DNA of 36,941 nucleotides from an uncultured Thermococci archaeon (lineage in GTDB: Archaea > Methanobacteriota_B > Thermococci > Thermococcales > Thermococcaceae), in the NCBI GenBank assembly GCA_964615185.1, contig CAZTOS010000014.1, forward strand, positions 1-36,941, given 5' to 3'. The translations under genes and the position numbers were made by a program. Positions 29,849 through 36,941 of the stretch are shown one piece after another. The number at the start of each line of letters is the position of its first letter. Position 1 is the first letter of the stretch. The notes under the pieces were generated by a model that worked only from the letters and a program-made list of their open reading frames with translations, ran no database searches and was not told the DNA's origin.

Positions 29849-30730
29849 TTAAATAAGATACCCCGGACAGCACTGTTTCATTATCTGCAGATTCTGGATG
29901 TCTGCCCCATAGTAATATGCTCTATGTGGGTAATTCTTAGCGTATCTTACATACTCGCATGCACGTCTTATACACTCTTCAGGACTTTTATTGTTGAAAC
30001 ATCCATCACTCTGAACTCCGTTGTCACATTCCATTTCCATAAAGACATTATTGAGATTATGTCCCTGTCTAAATGAATTAAAAAGGTAACTCCACTCATC
30101 AAAATCCTCAGTCTTTCCTTGGTAATAATTTGGCTGAACAAAAATATATGTGAAATATTTGGCAATTGTTTTTATGTCAGTATGCTCTAGATTTATTCCC
30201 TCATGGCCATAGGGAATCCATATAAATTGCTGACCTAAATCGGAAATCTTATCAGATACAGTACTTATTTCCCCTTCGTTAATTATTCCTCTAATTACCT
30301 GCCATGGGAATTCTAGGTTCCAGTAAAACCCCTTTTGAAGACTTCCAGTGTGAGTATAAACACCTTCAATCCAACCTATCCAGTAGTTTAGTTTCCTTGT
30401 GGGAGGCTTTATAGTGTATCCTGAGCTTTTAAAGACCTCCCACTGTTCCTTATCATCTTTAACGAGTACCGGGATTTCAACCAAATACTGAATCTCAGAG
30501 TTTATAGTTTCCTCCAGCCAGTTAGCTAATGCCTTACCGTCATTGTACCCATCCTCATAAGAGTATCCACTCATAGGCATTTGACCATATTCTCCATTCC
30601 TCCCGGTGGCATGAAGACATATTACATAGTCAAATCCAAGCCTTCTTAGTTCAGAAACTGGAATGTTTGTGTTGAAAGTTGCATAATTTCCGTCAAGAGG
30701 CTTAAAATACCACAGTGCATACCTCGCCAT
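29849..30730 (-). CDS. DUF4855-like putative glycoside hydrolase TIM-barrel protein, no signal peptide
   Basis: GFYWNLE, FIWIPY, FTYIFVQPNYYQ, MEMECD, AYYYG motif series. Confidence 0.75.
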   Translation of the reverse strand: MARYALWYFKPLDGNYATFNTNIPVSELRRLGFDYVICLHATGRNGEYGQMPMSGYSYEDGYNDGKALANWLEETINSEIQYLVEIPVLVKDDKEQWEVFKSSGYTIKPPTRKLNYWIGWIEGVYTHTGSLQKGFYWNLEFPWQVIRGIINEGEISTVSDKISDLGQQFIWIPYGHEGINLEHTDIKTIAKYFTYIFVQPNYYQGKTEDFDEWSYLFNSFRQGHNLNNVFMEMECDNGVQSDGCFNNKSPEECIRRACEYVRYAKNYPHRAYYYGADIQNLQIMKQCCPGYLI

Positions 30731-30819
30731 AGCATCACCCCAATTAATAGTTATTTACGATACTTTTTAAGTTTTTTGATTCTTTAATACTTTTGATAGT
30801 ATAAATAACATTCTACTTC
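30728..30819 (-). repeat. Duplicated promoter/leader, copy B
   Basis: Aligns without gaps to 28351-28442 from the start codon outward. Confidence 0.8.
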
Positions 30820-30981
30820 CCAAAATAGATTCCAAAATTACCCCAACCTACCTATGACGTGAAAGAACTCCTAAAGACTCATCAAAGCACTCCAATGAAT
30901 TAAGACAAGAACACACAATGAAACTCTTAAACCGTAATATAGTTTAAAAACTATCGAGATAAACCTCCTTAGGTGAGACTA

Positions 30982-32934
30982 ATGAAAGAAGAAATGAGCA
31001 GTATTGACATCAAATACATAGTTGAGGAATTGAAATCACTCAAAGGCGCGAGAATTGATAAGATTTATCATGACGGAAGCGAGATTAGGATCAAGCTCCA
31101 TAAAGCGGGTGAGGGGAGGAAAGATTTAATTATCGAGGCCGGCAAAAGAATTCACTTGACAAGTTACATAAAAGAAGCTCCAAAGATGCCTTCATCTTTC
31201 ACGATGCTTCTTCGCAAACACTTAAGCGGCGGCTTTTTTGATGAAATTGAGCAACATGACTTTGACAGAATTGTAAAGATTAGGATTGATAACTATACTC
31301 TCATAGCCGAGCTCTTTAGGAGAGGAAATATAGTTCTGGTTGATGAAAATAACATCATCATTGGCGCTTTGAGGTATGAAGAATTTAAGGACAGAGCAAT
31401 AAAGCCAAAGCATGAATATAAACTTCCTCCAGCAAGGGAAAGCCCTGTAGAAGTGAGCTGGGAGAGATTCCTTGAATTAATTAAAAGCGAAGACATTGAG
31501 ATTGTAAGGGCACTTGCAAGAAAGCTGAACATGGGAGGACTTTATGCAGAAGAAATCCTTCTGAGAGCTGAAATTGACAAGAAAAAGAAAGCAAACGAGC
31601 TGAGCGAAGAAGAGCTTAAGCTGATTTTTGAAAAGATGAAAGAAGTTTTCAACGCTCCGAAGAAGCCAAACATCATATATAAAGATGGGACAATGATTGA
31701 TGTAGTCCCAATTGAGCTTAAATGGTATGAAAATTATGAGAAGAAATACTTTGAAACATTCAGTGAAGCTTTGGATGAATACTTTGGAAAGATAACCGTG
31801 GAAAAAGCAAAAATTGAGAGAACTAAGCGTTTAGAGGAGAAGAAGAGGCAGATATTAACAACACTTAGAAGGCAAGAAGAGCAGATGAAAGGCTTTGAAG
31901 CCGAGATGAAGAAAAACCAAGAGCTTGGCGATTTAATATATGCAAATTTCACCTTCATTGATAATCTTTTAAGAGAGTTTTCAAAAGCGGTTGAAAAGCT
32001 CGGCTGGGAAGAATTCAAAAAACGCATAGAAGAAGGCAAAAAAGCTGGAAATAAGATAGCCCTGATGGTTAAGTCAATAGACCCCAAGGAAAAGGCTGTC
32101 ACAATTGAAATTGATGGCAAGAAAATTAGGATGTATCTCAATAAAAGCCTCGGTGAAAATGCTGAGATTTATTATGAAAAAGCCAAAAAAGCCAAGCACA
32201 AGTTAGAAGGGGCAAAGAAGGCTTATGAAGACACCAAGAAGAAACTTCAAGAAATTGAAAAGCTGATCGAAGAGGAAATGAAAAAGGAGCTCAAAGTCAA
32301 AAAACTCGAGAAAAGAAAGAAGAAGTGGTTTGAAAAGTTTAGATGGTTCATAAGCAGCGAAGGATTTCTCGTCATAGGAGGGAAAGATGCAACGACCAAT
32401 GAAATGGTAGTTAAAAAGCACATGGACGAAAATGACTTGTACTGTCACGCTGATGTTCATGGAGCGCCTCACGTTGTAATCAAAGACGGACAGAAAGCGA
32501 GTGAAAAAACCATATTCGAGGCATGTCAGTTTGCTGTTTCAATGTCAAAAGCATGGAGCGAAGGCGTTTATTCAGCAGATGCCTACTGGGCATACCCAAA
32601 TCAAGTTACAAAGAAAGCTCCAAGCGGAGAGTATCTTGGCAAAGGTGCATTTATGGTTTATGGAAAAAGAAACTGGTATCACGGAATTCCTCTCAAGCTG
32701 GCAGTTGGGATGATAAACTACAAGGGAGAAGACTTGATAATGTGCGGTCCAGTTAATGCCCTTAAAGCTCACACAAAGAGGTACATTGTAATAAGACCCG
32801 GAGACTTGAAGAAGAGCGAGCTTGTGAAGAAGATTAAGAAAATCCTTGAGAGATGGGGATATAAGGTTAAAGAGGAGGATATAATGGCGATTCTACCTCC
32901 CGGGGAAGGGGATATAGTGGAGGTGGTGGAATGA
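30982..32934 (+). CDS. rqcH: Ribosome quality control factor Rqc2/NEMF (NFACT) homolog
   Basis: FTMLLRKHL, FDRIV, ELFRRGN, KWFEKFRWF, GGKDATTNE, HADVHGAP, GEYLGKGAF. Confidence 0.93.
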   Translation: MKEEMSSIDIKYIVEELKSLKGARIDKIYHDGSEIRIKLHKAGEGRKDLIIEAGKRIHLTSYIKEAPKMPSSFTMLLRKHLSGGFFDEIEQHDFDRIVKIRIDNYTLIAELFRRGNIVLVDENNIIIGALRYEEFKDRAIKPKHEYKLPPARESPVEVSWERFLELIKSEDIEIVRALARKLNMGGLYAEEILLRAEIDKKKKANELSEEELKLIFEKMKEVFNAPKKPNIIYKDGTMIDVVPIELKWYENYEKKYFETFSEALDEYFGKITVEKAKIERTKRLEEKKRQILTTLRRQEEQMKGFEAEMKKNQELGDLIYANFTFIDNLLREFSKAVEKLGWEEFKKRIEEGKKAGNKIALMVKSIDPKEKAVTIEIDGKKIRMYLNKSLGENAEIYYEKAKKAKHKLEGAKKAYEDTKKKLQEIEKLIEEEMKKELKVKKLEKRKKKWFEKFRWFISSEGFLVIGGKDATTNEMVVKKHMDENDLYCHADVHGAPHVVIKDGQKASEKTIFEACQFAVSMSKAWSEGVYSADAYWAYPNQVTKKAPSGEYLGKGAFMVYGKRNWYHGIPLKLAVGMINYKGEDLIMCGPVNALKAHTKRYIVIRPGDLKKSELVKKIKKILERWGYKVKEEDIMAILPPGEGDIVEVVE

Positions 32935-33374
32935 TAAACCTCTATGCAATCGTTCAGAGGGATTTGGCTAAAGATTTGATCTTTGAGATTGACGATGAAA
33001 TTGTTACCCTTTCAATCAAAGGTGTTATGATTGCGAGAACTAAATCAAAGAGCTACAACTTCTCATTTGTTGAGATAACGGAGACTGAATTTGTCTTAGC
33101 TTTGCAGATGAAAGGGTACATAATTTACCTCGGTCTTGAAAGCGATGAGGAAATTGATGAGGATGCATATCCGGAACTTGTAAGGGCATTAATTCAGCAA
33201 CTCATACCTGTTATAAACAATTTGATACAAGAGGCAGAGAAAAGCGGATATAAAGGAAAGGCTGATTTGCTGATGGATGACAACATGAGCCCTGATATGA
33301 AGGAGTTTTTCTACAAAATGCTCATAAGGCACAAGAAGGATTTGCCCCACTATGAGCAGGTTGATGTTGCATAA
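32931..33374 (+). CDS. Hypothetical protein
   Basis: 147-aa ORF, ATGA overlap with rqcH, strong RBS. Confidence 0.8.
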   Translation: MINLYAIVQRDLAKDLIFEIDDEIVTLSIKGVMIARTKSKSYNFSFVEITETEFVLALQMKGYIIYLGLESDEEIDEDAYPELVRALIQQLIPVINNLIQEAEKSGYKGKADLLMDDNMSPDMKEFFYKMLIRHKKDLPHYEQVDVA

Positions 33375-33383
33375 GGTGGTAAA

Positions 33384-34466
33384 ATGAGAGAGAGCGGGTA
33401 TTACTCATATGTCGTTGGTGAGTTGCCCGAAGGATGCAAACTCTGTGTTAAAGGAGCCAAGTTAGTGCTTTTTACCACGGGTGTATGTCCAAGAGACTGC
33501 TTCTACTGTCCTCTGAGTCCTTGGCGCAGAGAGGATGTGATTTATGCAAATGAGAGGCCAGTAAAGAAAATTGAAGACATAATTGAGGAAGCTAAGATTC
33601 AAGAAGCCTTAGGAGCTGGAGTTACGGGTGGGGATCCTTTGGCGAGGCTGGACAGAACAGTAAAATACATCAAAGTTTTAAAGGAGAATTTTGGCAAAAA
33701 GTTTCACATCCATCTCTACACCACTGGGGCTTTGGCAACAAAGGAGAATTTGGAGAAGCTTTACGATGCTGGCTTAGATGAGATTCGCTTTCACCCAGAT
33801 TTATTCAACCCGAACTCGAAGCTTTTTAAAGTTGAGATTGAGAACATGAAAAATGCTTTCGACTTTGGCTGGAGTATTGGCGGAGAAGTTCCAGCTGTCC
33901 CGGGACAGGGAGAGAAGATAAAGTGGTTTGCCGAACTTTTAGACAAGCTTGGAGCCAAATTTCTAAACATAAATGAGCTTGAGTTCAGCGAGACGAATCT
34001 AAGAGCGCTCATCAGCAGAGGATACCAGCCAATAAGCGATGAGAGTTCGGCAATTAAAGGGAGCTTAGAGCTTGGGCTTGAAATTCTCAGATGGGGAGAA
34101 GAGAATACCTCACTTAGCTATCATCTCTGCACTGCAAAGCTGAAAGATGCAGTGCAGCTGAAAAATAGATTGAGGAGAATGGCGAAGAACGTTGCAAAAC
34201 CTTACATGGAGATAACTGAGGATGGAACTCTGAAGTTTGCAATAGCGGAATATGAAGATTTGGACGAGCTCTACAACCTTTTAGTTGAAGATGCTAAAAT
34301 TCCAGAGGAGTGGCTTTACTTAAACAGGAAAAAGAAAAGAATTGAAATGCCAATTGAAGTTGCCCTTGAATTGGCTGATGCAATAGAGGGGAATGTTAGG
34401 TTTTATATCGTGGAGGAGTATCCGACCTGGGATAGAATTGAGGTTGAGAGGACGCCAATAAACTGA
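33384..34466 (+). CDS. Radical SAM protein, conserved archaeal family
   Basis: CPRDCFYC (CxxxCxxC), extra N-terminal CKLC, TGGDP, LDEIRFHP. Confidence 0.92.
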   Translation: MRESGYYSYVVGELPEGCKLCVKGAKLVLFTTGVCPRDCFYCPLSPWRREDVIYANERPVKKIEDIIEEAKIQEALGAGVTGGDPLARLDRTVKYIKVLKENFGKKFHIHLYTTGALATKENLEKLYDAGLDEIRFHPDLFNPNSKLFKVEIENMKNAFDFGWSIGGEVPAVPGQGEKIKWFAELLDKLGAKFLNINELEFSETNLRALISRGYQPISDESSAIKGSLELGLEILRWGEENTSLSYHLCTAKLKDAVQLKNRLRRMAKNVAKPYMEITEDGTLKFAIAEYEDLDELYNLLVEDAKIPEEWLYLNRKKKRIEMPIEVALELADAIEGNVRFYIVEEYPTWDRIEVERTPIN

Positions 34467-34487
34467 CGTTATTACACAAAGCTGATA

Positions 34488-34504
34488 CCGTAAGTAACTT
34501 ACGG
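34488..34504. promoter_or_regulatory. Perfect palindrome upstream of ATPase gene
   Basis: CCGTAAGT-A-ACTTACGG, about 30 bp upstream of the TTTATATA box. Confidence 0.55.
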
Positions 34505-34562
34505 GGGCATAAGTTATGGGATTTTATCGAAACGTATTTATATATAATCGTGCTTATACTAA

Positions 34563-35885
34563 ATGGTGAATTACATGGAATTTATAGACCGCGAGAAAGA
34601 ACTGAAAATCCTTGAAAGGGAGTGGAAAAGGAAACCTTCTTTCGTGGTTCTCTACGGGAGAAGGAGAGTTGGAAAAACGCGCTTAATTCGGGAATTCTCA
34701 AAGGAAAAGAAAGTGTTCTTCTTCACGTTTCCTGAAGCTATTAAAGAAGCTCAGATGAGGGAGTTTAAGAAGGAGCTATCAAGGTTCTTCGACGATGAGC
34801 TTATTCTCAAAGTCGAGACGGACAACTGGTATGACTTGTTCAGATACCTTGCTTCCAAAGTCGAAGCTGAGACCCTCATAGTTTTTGATGAGTTCACCTA
34901 TGCCATAAAGAGCGACAGAAAGATTCTGAGTGACCTTCAGAGGGTCTGGGATCATGAGCTAAGCAGAAAGAGCGTTATGCTTATTCTCTCAGGCTCCTTG
35001 TTGGGGATGATGTGGGATGACATCTTAAGCTACGCTTCACCGCTCTATGGTAGAAGAACGAGGAGCATGCACCTGAAACCCATGGATTATCTCAGCTCAC
35101 TCAGGTTCTTCGGTGATCCAGAGTATGGAATTCAAGCTTACATGCTCGTTGGTGGAATTCCCCACTATCTGAAAATAGCAAGGGAATATTCTTCGGCTGA
35201 GAAATTTTTGTATGATGAATTCCTGAACGACTACGGATTCTTCTATGATGAACCCTACGTAATCCTCGGAGAGGAGCTGAGGGAGCTCAGAACTTATTTC
35301 TCAATTCTCAGGGCAATTGCTGAAGGTAACACACGCCTTGAAGAAATAGCAAACTTTCTTGGACTGCCAGCAAGAAGCGCTTATCCATACTTGGAAAACC
35401 TTCTAAGGCTTGGCCTTGTGAAGAGGGAGAAACCACTTTTCGGGGACAGAAAAGTTAGCTTATACCGGATAAGCGATCCAATGCTTCTAACATGGTTCAC
35501 ACTCGTTTATCCCCAGATGGACAGGATAAGCCTTGGGACTGCAACGCTTGAAAACGCTTACAAGGTGTTTTCGGTTAGATTTGAAGAGCTTGCACGGGAG
35601 TTTTTAATCCTAAAGAAGCCCTTTGAGTTCTCCCAGATTGGAAGATGGTGGTGGAGGGGGGAGGAGATAGATATAATTGCCGTTAATGAGGATACAGCAT
35701 ATCTCATCGAGGTGAAATGGAAGGACTTGAGCGAGAAAGATGCGAGAAGGATTTTATCCTTACTGAAAGAGAAAGCAAAGAACGTTCGCTTCAATGGAGA
35801 GTTCAGGTATGGTGTTATAGCAAGAAGTATAGAAGGAAAGGAGAAGTTTGATCTGGCATTCGACTTGGGAGATATCATGAATTAA
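34563..35885 (+). CDS. Archaeal ATPase with wHTH and C-terminal DUF234 / PD-(D/E)xK nuclease-like domain
   Basis: FIDREKEL, YGRRRVGKT, VFDEF, SPLYGR, GGIP, EIDIIA...IEVKW. Confidence 0.9.
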   Translation: MVNYMEFIDREKELKILEREWKRKPSFVVLYGRRRVGKTRLIREFSKEKKVFFFTFPEAIKEAQMREFKKELSRFFDDELILKVETDNWYDLFRYLASKVEAETLIVFDEFTYAIKSDRKILSDLQRVWDHELSRKSVMLILSGSLLGMMWDDILSYASPLYGRRTRSMHLKPMDYLSSLRFFGDPEYGIQAYMLVGGIPHYLKIAREYSSAEKFLYDEFLNDYGFFYDEPYVILGEELRELRTYFSILRAIAEGNTRLEEIANFLGLPARSAYPYLENLLRLGLVKREKPLFGDRKVSLYRISDPMLLTWFTLVYPQMDRISLGTATLENAYKVFSVRFEELAREFLILKKPFEFSQIGRWWWRGEEIDIIAVNEDTAYLIEVKWKDLSEKDARRILSLLKEKAKNVRFNGEFRYGVIARSIEGKEKFDLAFDLGDIMN

Positions 35886-36941
35886 CCTTTTGACCTTTGA
35901 GAATTATTGATACAACAGGATCAGTGAGATAGTACGTTTCATCTTTTTCTTCAATCCAGCCCATCTTTTTCAGATTCTTCAAAAGCTCGAGAAGCCTTGG
36001 TTCTGGTGTTTTATACCCTTTAATGGCCAAATAATCTCTTATAAGGCTCCATCTGTTGTAGCCAAGTGCTACAGCTTGGAGAATAATCATATACCTTGGA
36101 CTTCTGCGCTCCAGTTCTTTCAGCTCTCCAAATATCAATCCCTTAGCAATTTCAAGGGTTCTCGTTATAGCTCTCTCAAAATTCCCCTCCTTGGTGTATT
36201 CAACTCCAAACGTCACAAGCCATCCCGGTATGCCGTCAAGGATCCTAACGACTCTCTCAAGCTCGTCCCTTGGAATGTTAATGCCGACTTCATCAAAACC
36301 CTTTTTTAGAAACTTAATGGAGGTATCCTTATCAAAAGGCTTCACATAAACTTCTCCTGCCACTCTCCCATACAAGGGACTTTCATAGTTCCCAATGTTT
36401 AAAAAATCATGGAGCAAGCCCACCTCTGAACCTGTCAGAATAATCTTTAAGTTGGAGAGGCTATCGTAGGCGTAAGCGAAGAGTGCAAGCAAATCCTTTC
36501 CACCTCTGGAACCATAAAACCTTAAATATTGTGCTTCATCAAAAGCCAAAATGAACTCTCCGGTTTTTTCTCCCACTTCGTTTAATTCCCTAAAAATCTC
36601 CCGCAATGAGGTCTCTCTTGGCTCAAGCTTTAGGAACTTTAGATCAATGCTAATTTTAAATTTTGCAAAAGCTTTAGAGAGCAAAGATCCGCTGGCTTGG
36701 AGCTCTCTTATCAAGTCCTCTCTGGTTATATGTCCTCTTTCCCCATAAAGCTCCCTGCAGTCTATAATAATTCCAGGCTTCCCATTGAGATATGCTCTTA
36801 AGATTGAGCTCTTGCCTACACGTCTTATTCCCAAAAGTAGGGTTAGAGGATATGTTTTAATGCTCTCTTCAAGCTCTTTAAACTCTTTCTCCCTATCAAA
36901 AATGTCCTCTCTTCTGCTTTTTGGTCTCAAATCAAACAGCA
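35875..36941 (-). CDS. Archaeal ATPase with C-terminal wHTH (start codon cut by window end)
   Basis: (M)LFDLRPK...FDREKE, GIRRVGKSS, FDEAQY, TGSEVG, SPLYGR, DGIPGWL. Confidence 0.9.
   Translation of the reverse strand, partial: LFDLRPKSRREDIFDREKEFKELEESIKTYPLTLLLGIRRVGKSSILRAYLNGKPGIIIDCRELYGERGHITREDLIRELQASGSLLSKAFAKFKISIDLKFLKLEPRETSLREIFRELNEVGEKTGEFILAFDEAQYLRFYGSRGGKDLLALFAYAYDSLSNLKIILTGSEVGLLHDFLNIGNYESPLYGRVAGEVYVKPFDKDTSIKFLKKGFDEVGINIPRDELERVVRILDGIPGWLVTFGVEYTKEGNFERAITRTLEIAKGLIFGELKELERRSPRYMIILQAVALGYNRWSLIRDYLAIKGYKTPEPRLLELLKNLKKMGWIEEKDETYYLTDPVVSIILKGQKVNS

Overview
Thermococcales chromosome segment (most consistent with a low-GC Thermococcus; inferred from gene content and order). 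Core genes: ppsA 3' end, MATE transporter, tRNA-Leu(CAA), rpiA, threonine-synthase-like/wHTH fusion, aCPSF1/FttA, proteasome beta, gdhA, NSS transporter plus a MetS-type small subunit absent from the ORF track, PII, GH57 branching enzyme, Rqc2/NEMF, radical SAM. Accessory blocks: (1) a mobile-element graveyard after ppsA (decayed IS6, 178-bp IS6-type MITE, structured remnant resembling a TnpB/omega-RNA right end); (2) a divergent acetoin/2-oxoacid dehydrogenase cluster with split E2, AcoX, Lin0512, DUF6506 and lipoate ligase but no E3; (3) a ~6.7 kb block of two cassettes that share a duplicated ~90-bp promoter/leader, each a signal-less glycoside-hydrolase-like TIM barrel followed by exported membrane-anchored protein(s), with a 121-bp MITE (10-bp target duplication) upstream of one copy; (4) two convergent archaeal ATPase genes. 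A box C/D-like sRNA lies between gdhA and the NSS gene, and gdhA looks mosaic. All family calls come from motif recognition, not database searches.
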